64,000 nt of DNA from assembly GCF_037042905.1 (NCBI RefSeq), contig NC_087254.1, forward strand, positions 20,460,001-20,524,000, read 5' to 3'. The notes beneath the pieces are model-generated. The model was not told the DNA's origin, did no database searches, and saw only the letters and a list, made by a program, of their open reading frames with translations. Of this stretch, positions 1 through 55,145 are shown one piece after another. Origin of the DNA: Lytechinus pictus. Its lineage: Eukaryota. Within the stretch, counting starts at the first letter, position 1; each line of letters starts with the position of its first letter. The translations under genes were made by a program, and so were the position numbers.

Positions 1-174
1 TCCACCAATCATCAACAATAAATCAATGTGGTGAATGACTTACTTGCAGAAAACACAAGAGGGCGCAAAATGAAAAAGTATATTGATTGAACGGAGGAGT
101 ATATCGGAAATTATGTATTTTGGTTGAAATTCAATACTGTAATCGCCTTCCGATCGTAAGTGGAGACCTTGGAT

Positions 175-386
175 CTGTGGCGTACGCAGGGACCCCCTTA
201 ATTTTTTTAAATACCCAAACACCCCCCTTAAAAAATGTTGACGAATTTTTTTACTTGTCAAATTTGTGTTGGGTACGAAACGACCTAAAATGTATGATGA
301 TGACCTATTTTCCCCTTTTTTTTTGGTTATCAACGTTCCTTTCATCTTGAACCCCCCCCCTTTCAAAAATCCTCCGCACGCCACTG
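175..386. mobile_element. hAT-like MITE
   Basis: Termini C(T)GTGGCGTACG / CGCACGCCACTG; 8-bp flanks ccttggat / cctaggat (7/8 match, TSD). Confidence 0.7.
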
Positions 387-694
387 CCTAGGATATTGCA
401 TGGGAAGCTATAAACGGATTAATTAAACAAGGTTTCAACCTAATAATTAATTGAGCCATATGACCAAGTTTATTGTTCTAAATATATATGCAGAAAGTTC
501 ATCTAATAATTTTTTTTCCACTAACTTTAGCAATCAGTCTCTCGTTCGTAAAAAGCAAATATAGTGAACATTAATTGTTTTACAAAGTCGGGAGGGTTTC
601 ATGAAGTTCGTCATGGAGATCTATTTTACTGGAGCTAAGGAATTTATCTTCTTCGTTTAATTTTATATTAATGTAGAGCCCTTTGGCTTGCTTG

Positions 695-1213
695 CAGTGG
701 CGGCTTCAGGATTTGTATACTGGGGGGGGGGGGGCAAGTGGGAGACAAGATAACTTTGTCAGGGGAAGCAAAGGCGGGCACAATTTTTTTGCCTGTTTCA
801 CAAAATCGACCGCGAAGCGCAAGCTAAAATGTTTAGGCACTATTGCTTGACCTGTTAAGAACTGTTTCCAGTGACTCGTAAAGATGATATTTCATCAAAT
901 CAATAATGCGAGGAAGAAGCGCGAGATAAACATTTTTAATATCTTGAGATGATTAGTGGACGTTGAAACTTGAACATGATGGGTACTAAACTAAACAATG
1001 CGAGCACATAGCGCGAGCTGATTTTTTTTTATATTCAGCACTTTTTTGTGATTATGAACTGCAGGATGCGTAGCACGCCAAAACGAGTAAATAAAAACTC
1101 GAATCATGAGAAAAATAATTTGTGCATAATGAATCAAACATAAGCCCCATGTTATTTGATTGAGCATAGGCTTATCCTCAACAGCCACTGCTAATAACGC
1201 GAAGCCGCCAGCA
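695..1213. mobile_element. Degenerate hAT-like non-autonomous element
   Basis: Termini CAGTGGCGGCTTC ... GAAGCCGCCAG; poly-G near the left end; no clear TSD. Confidence 0.45.
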
Positions 1214-1509
1214 AGATATTGAATATTATGACCTGAAAGATGGCCGTCAGAGCAGAGGATTATCTTTTGTATAGGGGAGGGGGGGTGCAACAAAAGATGC
1301 CGTCCCATGAAAAAGGGACACGCTATTTTTAAAGGCCCATGCTCGTATTTTTGGAAGCTAACCATGAGTACGGTAAGCCTGCATGAGAAATTCCTCAAAA
1401 TTTGAAGAGTGAAAGCGCTGTTTGGAGCACTTTACAGCTTGACATCATTTACTGCACATCATTTTTTTTTATTTGAAAATTATTTTCTTGCATAAAGTGT
1501 ACTGTGCAC

Positions 1510-1710
1510 GCAAGTGGTTCGGGGCCATAGAGATAGGTATGCATGGTCGGGGGCATTCGGTCGGCAAAATCACTCGTACCGCATACCGTTCCGTCGTACC
1601 GTACGTACCATGCATGTTAGTCTTAATGTTCGGCTCGCATATCGCGATCGGCTAGCTCCGATCCGTACGTACGTACGCACGCATATATTTTCCCGCGCGC
1701 AGATATCGTT
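1510..1710 (+). promoter_or_regulatory. CpG-dense candidate promoter of the PP1-like gene with an E2F-like site
   Basis: Sharp CpG enrichment (CGTACG repeats) in AT-rich DNA ~500-700 bp upstream of the ATG; TTTCCCGC at ~1689-1696. Confidence 0.45.
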
Positions 1711-2205
1711 TCACATCTCATGAAGATGTGATTTCGATGCATAATTTATCTCCTGAAAAGTTGCATCTGTGGATTCATACATTAGGTGGACTTAATAGGA
1801 TTTTACGGAATATTTTAACTGGATTCCTTGGTACTACTGGGTGAGGTGATTATCAGGAGATATGATTCTAAACTACTAAAATATTGACAATTTTTTTTGC
1901 GCCTTGGCCGTGACCGTGTGACTGTGTGAGGCGATTGTGTGACTTCCCATACCGTAGGCATTATCATTGCTTGTTGATGCAGTTTCGATTTAGTTTCAAT
2001 CATTCGCATAGTGTATTTACTATTCTTGTGAGGTTATCGACAAATGAAGTTTATTTATAAATAAATACTACATGAGAATGGATTAAAATACATGATACTG
2101 GAAACTTAAATCTAGAGGAACCTCGTCTTTTCCCTTCATTACTAACTCAGTCTCAACAAGAAGCCCTTTCTGAATAGCGTGACCACGTCCAATGCACAAC
2201 ACACG

Positions 2206-44241
<42,036 letters not shown>

Positions 44242-44989
44242 TGGCGCTCTCTTATTTTGATGGAACTTTTTATTGGGGGAATGTAAACTAAAAAGCTGTC
44301 AAATTTCTATGTAAATGGGCAAGACGGTATTCTACCACTCGGGATATTCTTTAGAAAAACTCATGCAATCTTGATAGTATTTCACAAAACAGTTATTCAC
44401 TGATTTTTCAATGATAACTGTTGCACAATTCTTTGCTTCTGATTGGCTGAAAGCACATGTATCATTGGAAATCATTGAAAAGTTGGTTTGTGGAACGCTT
44501 CACAGAACATAGGCTTGTAGACAGGAAATACATGTTTTTGAAGTGTTGTATTTGATGGAAATCCATTGAATACACATTGCCCAAGATTTATCCTCAATTG
44601 GACTGATTCCAAGATTGTCTTACATCAATAGGACTAAAGAATAATTGGTCTACTTCTACTACTATTTTGTTTAAATTACACCCTCCACCCCCTCCTAGTT
44701 AACAGAAGAAAGAGGCAGTTGCTATGCAATGTATATGCAGTGGCAACTTTCTTCTGAAAGGGGAGGGGGTCTAACCATCATTTTATTCAATACCCATTTA
44801 CAATAACTGCTATTTTTCAAAAATGACTATGGTCTAATTGTAACTTCTGCTTATTTCTAGTTTTTCCCATATAATTCAGTAAATATTTGGTCAATTTTAC
44901 TGAATCTAATCTGAGATAAATTAATTAATGCTAGACACACTGGGTAGCTAAATGAATATAAACAGCCTAACTGAAAATCAAACAACAAT

Positions 44990-45265
44990 GGAAATAATTT
45001 GGTAGTCTGGTTGTATTCAAAACGGTTTAGACCATGTAAGGTGAGATAAGCATCAGACAAAGTCAGATTTAACAAAGTATGATTAGACCAAGTGAAATTA
45101 GGCCAAGTGGGATAAGATGAAGTATGATTGGACCAATTCAAATTAAACAATGTGGGATTAGATCAATTGGGATAATATGAAGTGAAATAAGACCATCTGC
45201 GTTCCGACCAAATGGAATTAGTCCAAGTGGACAAGATGAAGTGTGAATAGATCAAATAGTAATTC
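44990..45265. repeat. Degenerate short-period repeat (gattagaccaagtg-like) downstream of the PP1 stop
   Basis: Many tagacca/ggaccaa/ggccaagtg units; inverted ttggtcta/tggtctaa motifs at ~44645 and ~44830 suggest a decayed foldback element. Confidence 0.55.
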
Positions 45266-48200
45266 ACTGCCAGTACTGCCAATGGTGATGCATCGTGAGA
45301 TGAGCTTAGTTCCCTTGCCTATCGTGGAGAAAGAACCAGTTTTCTGAATTCAAGTAATATCAAGAACCTATCCATCAAGATAGATATATGCCAGTGTGAT
45401 TCCATAGCCTAGTCAACTTCTAACAGTACAAGAAAAAGATATATGTATAACATTCCCCTTGGAAGTACACAGGACCATAAGATATTATAGCCTTTTATAC
45501 AATGCTTGACCTTGAATTAGTGTTTAGAGAGTACATCAAAGTTCATTGTACACATAGGTGGGTTAATTATATTAACCCTTTAGCCTTGTGAATTTCATGG
45601 TTATATTTCCGTGATGCAGCTCGTTAATAAGGTCTTATGATGAATACATGCTTTTTGACAAAAAAAAAATACTTGAATTATGCCAGTTACAATTGCATAA
45701 CCAACAGTACATTTAATAAATCTTCAGTTCATTGTTCAGTAAAAGGGCAACATGGCCAATATTCCACCCCCCCCCCCCCCATTTTGAGGGGTTGTTTCTT
45801 TTCTTTTCTTACATTTTCTAATATGGTAATATTTCAGAGTTACCAAAATCACTATACTTTGTAGGAATTTGATGATGAATAAAAGGGCCCCCAAATGCCA
45901 ATTTTGGCAAAAAGGAAGGGCAATATAAAATGCACCCTTATTCCATTCAGAAATTCACACCAATATATATGCTGTAGAACTAGAAAGGGCATTTCAAACT
46001 GGTATCATTTTTTGCAACCGATAGGGTCATATTGCCTCTTTACTGGCCAAATAAAGAATTGATACATAAATAAACCAAATCACCATAATAGCAACAGGTA
46101 TACAGTAGTACCTTTAAAAAAAATCATGCATTTATCATTTGACCTATTTTATCAAGCAAACCTGGACATGGAATGGCCCTTCATTTACGGTCATTCAACC
46201 CATGAGAATTCAGGCCTTAAGATAGTTTACTTTCTTCCTAATGCTTACTTTTAATACCTTTAACGGTTTTTATCCAAATATGCAGTATCCTTTGATTACA
46301 GAGTACCACTTCGTAAACTTCCGTTTGAAAAAAATCCTTAGTTTTGTTTGTATTGCTTTTACTTAGTGGTGAAAATATGAGGAAAAATACGAATAAGTGG
46401 TTACCAGTGCACCTCCATTGCTTTCAATTTCTAAAAAGAATAGTAAAAACAAAAAATTAGATGCCATTGCTCAACGTTTCTTGTTTAATGAAGATATTTG
46501 AGTTTATTTCATAATGCAAGTGTTTTATGAAGATGAAGTACAGGGAAATCAGATGTGTAAATAGTGTTGTACTTGAAAATATAAATGAAATTCTATGAAG
46601 ATTATAAAAAATGCTTGAATTTTTAAAAGAAAGGAAAGTCTATACGAAGGAAAACATGTCTTTTTAACTATGATTATTACATCATATAGTAAAAAATTTA
46701 GTTTGATTGCAAAGACTTTTTAAGAAGGGTTAATTGTGTAAATAAGTTTTGCCAAACCTTGCTAATAGCTTTAGAGTTTAATACCTGTACTTTCTTAACA
46801 GTTAATATATTCTATGTATGTAAATGTAAGTAATTATTATTCAACTCTCTATGAATATTTTCCTGTCATTCACACCAAATTTGATAATATTTTTTCTCCA
46901 GTCCAAAGTTTATTTCCTCTTCAAATGCAACTCGCTAAATTCACCTTTCTATACAAAACAATTAAGAGACATATATGACAGAGACATAGTGTCTAAGACT
47001 GTTTTCACATATCATTTTGTAAAGTTATGCCATGACTTTAAAAACAACTTGTGTGTGGTATGCCAAAATTTAGGCTCAAAGTTTGCTCAACATTTTCAAA
47101 AGTATGACTCTATTTCTATTAATTAAGGTTAATTTTTGACCAAATTAATGTAATTTATTCCTGAAAATGTGGGATATGTATACATGTTTTTGAATTTTTC
47201 TTGCATTTCCACATTGCATCCCAAGATAAGTCATTAGAAAATTGATTAATAATTTGGCTTGCCTATTCGTTATCATTTTTTAGAGTTTGTAACACAAAGC
47301 TTAGCGATTGTGCGGTCGATTGAAACATTTGATTGTATATTATGATTAATGAGTCAAGCATGAATAAACCCTTCTACCAAGCGCAAGGCTTTGTATGACA
47401 GTCATCCAGAGGTGCTTTACAGTGCTGTTTATAAAATTTGACGTAATACTATGAACACCTCTGTAAGCAAGTCCTGGCGTGAGTTTTGTACGATACTTAG
47501 AATATATTTTATTGAATCATATGACATAATTATCCATGCCCATTACATGTGTAGAATGGACTGGATTTCTGGAGAAGAGTCAAAGGTAGATTTACTGGCT
47601 AGATGGTTGTTGAGCTGTAATTAAATTTCTATACGGGCTAGATTGGAACCTTTGAACAGGCATGAAAGTTATGTCTTCTATGATATGCATAAACTAGTGT
47701 GTGCATGTGAACGAGCACAATAAAAGTATACGGATAGCTTGCTTGGATTTTCCTTTTAACAGACCATGCACATTACTTACATGGACAATTATGTAGCATA
47801 TTGACTTGTACAACTTTGAATGCTCAATCCGTTTGTATCCCTAAGTTGTATAGTCCCCTCTATTGTTAGAATGCTTATAGTCGTTAGAAAATATTATGCC
47901 CTGTCAGGGGTTGACAGCAACTGTTGCATAAGCCCTAATTTATCCAGGATAATTGAATTAAGTAGATGTTTGTTTAGGTCTATCATAATTTTGTTGGTGA
48001 CCTGGGCTTTGTGGCATGTATCATTTGATAATGAATATTTTATGCCTGGAAATCAAGTTATGGTGGCTAAATTTAAAGGTTTCGCCATTCAAAGAGACAG
48101 TCAATCCTTGCTTCAAGTTGGTTTTGAACGCAAGAGATGATTTTGAAGGGAGGGGGGGGGGGAATGAGGGGAAAATTTATTGACGATTTGACCAAAATCA

Positions 48201-49879
48201 ATTAGAATAATAGTTTTGTAATGTCACATGCCTTATATTAAAATCCATACATTGCAATTTAGTTCACAATGACTGAAAGTATATGCTTTTCATTTAAGCA
48301 TGCATGAATGTGTAATGTTCGATGAAAATATTAAAATGGATTCAAACTTGCTGAGAAAATGTCAATTTATGGATATCATGGCATATGGAAATGCTGTGCA
48401 CATGTGACATCACAAAATAAACCTTTTGGCCACTGAGTTCTATAATTCCCATGGGCTTCAGACAGAAACCACCATGTTCTAGTAGGCAATGGGTTAAAAA
48501 CTATTTTTTTAAGTAACAATCTTTTTTCTTTTGTTACATTTTCAACAAACCATCTTAACACATTTCTCTAATTTCTGTGCTTTCACCCAAACCAATTTGA
48601 TGCGAGGATGTGTATTAAACAAAGACAAATGACATTTTTATGGTAATTTCAGTGTGCTACATGATTATATTTAGACATGCAAACACAATGTTTAGGCTGC
48701 AGAAAGAAAGAAAGAATCAGTGATGTAGCTCTAGTCTGGAACTAAGGCTATCATTTTGTCATTTGAAATGTAGATGACAGTTTTAAACTGTGCACATATT
48801 ATTATTCTGTGCATTGTTTATTTCTCGTTTAAGTTTTCCTACTATTCAGGGGGAAAACAGATCATGCTTTAGTATGTCCTTTCATTCATTTTTTATTATC
48901 TGTGTTGCATTTGAAATATACAGATATTACTAAAGCGGTTCATAGCAGTGTATTATGTTTATCTAACAAAGGGGTAGGTAGCCATGTTCAAAGATATTTC
49001 ATTAAAATTTGTTCATTGTTCTTTTTGCTTTCTTGTGTAAATCACCTCAAAGCAATATGATTGCTGTACAAAAAAATATGTATATGTGTGTCTGAAATAT
49101 ATAAAATGTATATTGTCTAAAGATTTTTAATGCAAAAGCATTGGGGGGAAATGCATGTTTATTTAGTTCTTTCCTTTTTTAAGTGCAATTTTGTTGATAA
49201 TTTAACCCTATATTGGACAGGGTGTATTGATGGTATTCAGATGTAACACAATTTAACGCTTGTACATAAACTACAGTGATATTCCTCTCCATTCTTGTGA
49301 TCTTTAGCAGGATATGGTCAAGCTTTAATGAAATATTGCAAGTGTGAGAGAGAGAGGGAGGGGGAGGGAATTTTGAATGCCATAATTCATGTTGAGTGAG
49401 ATAATTCAATATGAGAGTATTTTCAACAAAAGTAGTGTTCACTTCCCAAGTATCAGTTATAAAATACCACAGATCTTTTGATTTCACCCACATCTTAAAA
49501 TTAAATTGCTCTCTTTACATCATTGTTGAACTTCAAATTTGACAACACTGCCACATCTGTTGTCTATCTATTTTCATGTAGGCTTATGCTAGTTTAAAGA
49601 TAATTTGCCGAAATATTTTATTTGTCTTCATTTTAAAGTCTAATATTTCTAGTTGTTTAGTGATATGAAACAACATACATGTGTATGCCATTTGGTTAGG
49701 GTTATAGATTATAAAGATGACAGTTTTCATAGTTTGTACTAAAACATGCTTTTTATGATGGTTTATATTAGAAATAACTTTTGTTTTTTTATTTACAATG
49801 TATAATTCTGTCTCTGTTATCACTTTCGAGTTTCTGGTGCTCCTCTCTCCTCCCCCCCCCCCCCTCCCCCTCCCTGTCT

Positions 49880-50620
49880 CTCTATTTTCCTTTCCAACCT
49901 CTTCACATTTTATCTCTTATCTCTTCATCCCTCTCCCATCCCTTCCTCTCTTTATTTATCCCCCTTTCTCTCTTCCATTTTTATCTCATTCTCTCTTCAT
50001 CTCTCTCCTATCCCTCTTCTCTTTATTTATCCCCCTTTCTCTCTTCCATTTTTATCTCATTCTCTCTTCCATTTTTATCTCATTCTCTCTTCATCTCTCT
50101 CCTATCCCTCTTCTCTTTATTTATCCCCCTTTCTCTCTTCCATTTTTATCTCATTCTCTCTTCATCTCTCTCTCCTATCCCTTCCTCTCTTTAATAATTC
50201 CCCTTTCTCTCTTCTATTTTTATCTCATTCTCTTTTCATCTCTCTCCCATCCCTTCCTCTCTTTAATTATCACCCTTTCTCTCTTCTATTTTTATCTCAT
50301 TCTCTCTCCTATCCCTCTTCTCTTTATTTATCCCCCTTTCTCTCTTCCATTTTTATCTCATTCTCTCTTCATCTCTCTCCTATCCCTCTTCTCTTTATTT
50401 ATCCCCCTTTCTCTCTTCCATTTTTATCTCATTCTCTCTTCATCTCTCTCTCCTATCCCTTCCTCTCTTTAATAATCCCCTTTCTCTCTTCTATTTTTAT
50501 CTCATTCTCTTTTCGTCTCTCTCCCATCCCTTCCTCTCTTTAATTATCACCCTTTCTCTCTTCTGTTTTCATCTCATTCTCTCTTCATCTCTCTCTCTCA
50601 AATCCCTTCCTCTTTAATCA
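49880..50620 (+). repeat. Pyrimidine-rich minisatellite, ~68-72 bp units
   Basis: Unit ctctcttccatttttatctcattctctcttcatctctctcctatccctcttctctttatttatcccccttt, roughly ten copies; almost no G on the + strand. Confidence 0.92.
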
Positions 50621-51296
50621 TCTCTTGGTATGAATATTCATTGGAAGACAGTCTAGTTTCCTGTATACTAAGAACTTTCTTTATTACATTTTAATTACTT
50701 CAATATGTTCATTACACTGTCACCTACCGTTTACATAATAAGAATGCACTATAAGACAAGAGCTCTGCAATATACAAAGCATTACTTTGGTCTAGGTACG
50801 TTTAATTTAGACTGAAAATTCAGCTGTTTCAGAGTAGATTTTTAACATTATCTGATTTTTCAGCCCTCCTATAATAGAGGAAGGGGATGCTGCAAAGCCA
50901 GACAAAGTCTCAGCGGAACATATCCTGACCGAAATAGACTGATTTTTCGGTCTACTACTAAAGCTACTTGTAAAGTCCAATATGTTTTTACCCTGTAAAC
51001 ATGGTCAACCTGGTTATAGCATTTTATTTGGTTTTGATTTAAATCGACAAACCTAACATCCAGTCAACAAATACTATATTTATAAACTTTTCTTGTAATT
51101 CTTCATTCAAATGTGACGAAAGAATGTTCTTTCAAAGAATAACTTTTTTCCAAATCTCAAGCTGGATATATTACTCAGTACCGTGAGTACAATGAAATGG
51201 GATGTAGTTATGCATAATTCTTTGAATCAGACTCTATTATTGAGAACTAATCTTGCTTTGCTACTTCGATTTATCCAAAACCAGATAGTTCATCTA

Positions 51297-51557
51297 CACG
51301 TACTACCAGCTGTTGAATTTGGGTAAAAATTTAACCAGCACGAGGGTAATTATGTGTCCAACCAATTTGGGGCACTATTTTACCCAATGCTGGAAGCATA
51401 TTATCCAGTAAGGTTAAACAATAAGCAGTAATTACTTTCGAATGGGCAAAATTCTCATCACACTGGATAAATAAAAATGCCAAATAGAAATGCCCAATAT
51501 TGGTTGGACACACAATTACACTCATAGAACATTTTTACCCAATATTTTTTTAGAGTG
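51297..51557. mobile_element. TA-flanked CAC..GTG MITE
   Basis: ta|CAC...ttgggtaaaaat ... atttttacccaa...GTG|ta; a related element lies at ~61750-61971. Confidence 0.6.
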
Positions 51558-52232
51558 TACTTGGGGCATTTATACATTTCATTGCATCAATTAATACTTG
51601 TTTTTCATACCGATATTTTACTAATAATTCATTATTTTCTTCTTTTTTAATTTGCTTTTATTTAATGATATATATTTTTTTCATAGCAAAAAAGGTCTTA
51701 TATAATATAGCATAATATAGCACTATCCATCTTGATTGGTACTGATAGATTACATGATGAAACTGATTGAATTATGTTTGTTTAGGTAAGTGGATCTTAC
51801 ATTATTTTTGAGTGAGATGCGAGCTTGTTTTGAAGATAAAGACGGTTAAATAGTTTACTTTATAGAGTTGCATATTTCGTTTTAAAAATGTTATGGTTAC
51901 CTTATCTTGTATTCAGTTATTATTATGGCCAAGTATCCTTCAATCATTATGTTTTCCATGCTATCATATTTGCATGTTATAAGAAATTATATGTAAAGGG
52001 TTTTATATTAACCTTGAAATAGTGTAAATTTGTCATTTTCATGTATTGCTTCATAGCTGTGTTCATATGGAACTGTATAAAAATTCATTTGCAAATAAAG
52101 ATTGTTCTACATAAATACATTTAATTCCATTATAAAGAAAAGGGAGCATGCTTTGCGATTTTGGTTCTTTATTAGGGTGACTTTTTCTGCGTCTAACAAT
52201 GATCGTGATAATGATGACAATGGTGACAGTCT

Positions 52233-52460
52233 CTAGGAGGAGAAGGAAGAGAGAGAGAGGTAGAGAGAGAGGGGGACAGACAGAGACAGAGAAAGTATAT
52301 AGACATGATAGAGGAGATAATAGGTAGAGGGGGAGAGAGAGAGAGAGATGCATACACACACCTCTTCACAGACGGAACGGACAGAGACGAACACAATTAT
52401 GAGAGGCAAAGAGACAGATACAAAAACACTTGGGTAGAGCATGTAGAGAGAAGAAGATGG
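52233..52460 (+). repeat. GA-rich low-complexity tract
   Basis: (GA)n and GACA degenerate repeats. Confidence 0.8.
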
Positions 52461-54126
52461 TGAAAGTTATGGTTAATGGTGAGATTGGTATATGCTAAAG
52501 GAAAATTAAAACCTTGAAAAAAGTTGATTTGTATGAAATTCATTAACACATATTTGTATGTTATGTTGAATTGTACAAGTAAAACGCATTTGCGAGATTC
52601 TTATGTTGTTACTTGTACATTCTTTGAAGGAGATGAACCACCTACTTTATTTTCTTCATTATGTTATTGTAACTTGCAAAATCTCAATAACTTAAGTTTA
52701 TATTACCCATTGAGGACAAATTAGACTTAAAAAATAATGTATATCGGATATATTATCGTTGCAAAATCATACTCCATTTTAACTTTATGATTTGAATGGA
52801 TACAGTTCAATATTTGATAATAGATGAAATAAACGCGAGGTGAAACGGGAATTGTTGGTTCAACTGTTCGAAAGTTCATTACTATTATTACTCTTTTTTT
52901 TTACCCATGGTCACTTGTGTTCCAAGGGTTTCATTCTCCATGCAATATGTGTCCGTGGCAGGGAGAGTGAAGTGGGAAAGTTGGTAATTAGATTTTTACC
53001 CTTCTTACGAATTCCCTTATAAAAATATCTTGTACTTAGTAAGTTAGAAACACCATCATGCCTCATCCCCCACCCGTTTTGCACTGGGGAGGGGATAATA
53101 ATTCAAGAACATTCAATTCAATTCAATTTGCATTTGATAATAATACGCACTAAAACAATACATTCTATCCTATTATTGCAACAACCCGACCTCTTACGAG
53201 CACTTTTCAGTGTACCGGAAAGCTTGCTCAAATCTATACATCTCGACGGCTTACATTCTTAAGGTCGACTGTAAAGCCACGAGATTAACGAGACAAAAAA
53301 ATATGACATGCCATAACCTTGCAATATGATTGGAAATTCGTAAACAAAATGATGTTTCATCCTTCAAAAATTATTGTAGAAAAAAAATCAGTATGAAATT
53401 TAGACATGTTAATGATATCGTCAACGTATCATGGAAGATCTACCTGTAAGAATTTAGTATATATTATTTTTCTTCAATAGGATTATGCCATCGTATATGA
53501 AACTATTCTCACTCAAAATAAAGTCATAATCATTGCTGAGAATAAATTTTACAACGTTTCATTCATTTAAGCATTCTTAAACAATTCAAATATAATTATT
53601 TACAGCCTCCTTTTTTCAACGCTAAAAAAATCCACCAAAAACATTAAAATTCCATTCAAAATACTGGTACTCGTTTTTTACTGGATCCATGAAAATATAA
53701 TACTCAATAAGAGCTATATACATTTAAAACAGAATAATTATGTTTCAACTGGATGCTTTGTCATGTTAACAATCATCAATTGATGTTGATCTTAACCGCG
53801 TCCTGCCAATTTAATCAATAGCAATACATCAATTGATCATTGTATGCGGTGTGTAGACGAAGCCCAGAAAACCTCATATAATATTATGCATATTGAAAAT
53901 AACTTGATATATTTACAATGACCATTGATTATCATACTGTAAAATATGAGGTAGAACGGTGCGATAGATATCATACAGAGAAATATATACAAAATGACAT
54001 TTATAATAATTTGATAAGAGCTACTCTCAAATCCTTTCTTAAACAAAAACATATGTATCTATCTTATAATACAGTCACACCGAAAATTAATGACAGACTT
54101 CGATCAGATGCTTATGTCAGACCAAC

Positions 54127-54268
54127 GGGGTCCAGATTTACTAAAACTTCTTATAATAACAATGAACAATTTCTATAAGAAATTTACCATCAGCCAATCA
54201 GATTGAAATATTGCAGTAGCTTTTAACTTATTTCATTTTTGTTTCCATTATAACAGAGATCGGGCCCC
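54127..54268. mobile_element. Degenerate Harbinger-like MITE with central CCAAT
   Basis: GGGGTCCAGAT ... ATCGGGCCCC termini; CAGCCAATCAG at ~54191. Confidence 0.5.
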
Positions 54269-54295
54269 AGTACCGTTCAAACATGACAGAAGGTC

Positions 54296-54465
54296 GATCA
54301 ATCAATCGATTGATCGATCGATTGATTGTTCATTGATAGATAGATTAAATGATTGATTGATAGATAGATTGATTGATTCATTGATTGATCGATTAATCGA
54401 TTGATTGATATTGAGTGATAGATAGATTGATTGATTGATTGATTGGTTGGGTGGTTGATTGATTG
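54296..54465 (+). repeat. (GATT/GATA)n microsatellite running into the assembly gap
   Basis: Tetramer array. Confidence 0.92.
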
Positions 54466-55016
54466 NNNNNNNNNNNNNNNNNNNNNNNNNNNNNNNNNNN
54501 NNNNNNNNNNNNNNNNNNNNNNNNNNNNNNNNNNNNNNNNNNNNNNNNNNNNNNNNNNNNNNNNNNNNNNNNNNNNNNNNNNNNNNNNNNNNNNNNNNNN
54601 NNNNNNNNNNNNNNNNNNNNNNNNNNNNNNNNNNNNNNNNNNNNNNNNNNNNNNNNNNNNNNNNNNNNNNNNNNNNNNNNNNNNNNNNNNNNNNNNNNNN
54701 NNNNNNNNNNNNNNNNNNNNNNNNNNNNNNNNNNNNNNNNNNNNNNNNNNNNNNNNNNNNNNNNNNNNNNNNNNNNNNNNNNNNNNNNNNNNNNNNNNNN
54801 NNNNNNNNNNNNNNNNNNNNNNNNNNNNNNNNNNNNNNNNNNNNNNNNNNNNNNNNNNNNNNNNNNNNNNNNNNNNNNNNNNNNNNNNNNNNNNNNNNNN
54901 NNNNNNNNNNNNNNNNNNNNNNNNNNNNNNNNNNNNNNNNNNNNNNNNNNNNNNNNNNNNNNNNNNNNNNNNNNNNNNNNNNNNNNNNNNNNNNNNNNNN
55001 NNNNNNNNNNNNNNNN
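54466..55016. other. Assembly gap (551 N)
   Basis: Run of N. Confidence 1.
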
Positions 55017-55145
55017 TACTATGCATGTGCATTGTGCATTAAAAATATGAAGATACACTTGAGTACGTTTCGAACAGTTGGGTAAAACAATTATTTTGAG
55101 TGATCTGTTGTTATCATAGTTGTTTTGGGGAGAACTTCTGACACA

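Noticed and set aside
2179-2205. GTG start of the ORF track for PP1
   Set aside because: The ATG at 2206 matches the usual PP1 N-terminal length; GTG starts are a prokaryote-style call.
49781-50472. 137-aa and 224-aa hydrophobic ORFs
   Set aside because: Translations of a G-free minisatellite in which stop codons are rare.
54298-55085. Long ORFs containing X runs
   Set aside because: Artefacts of the N gap and the GATT microsatellite.
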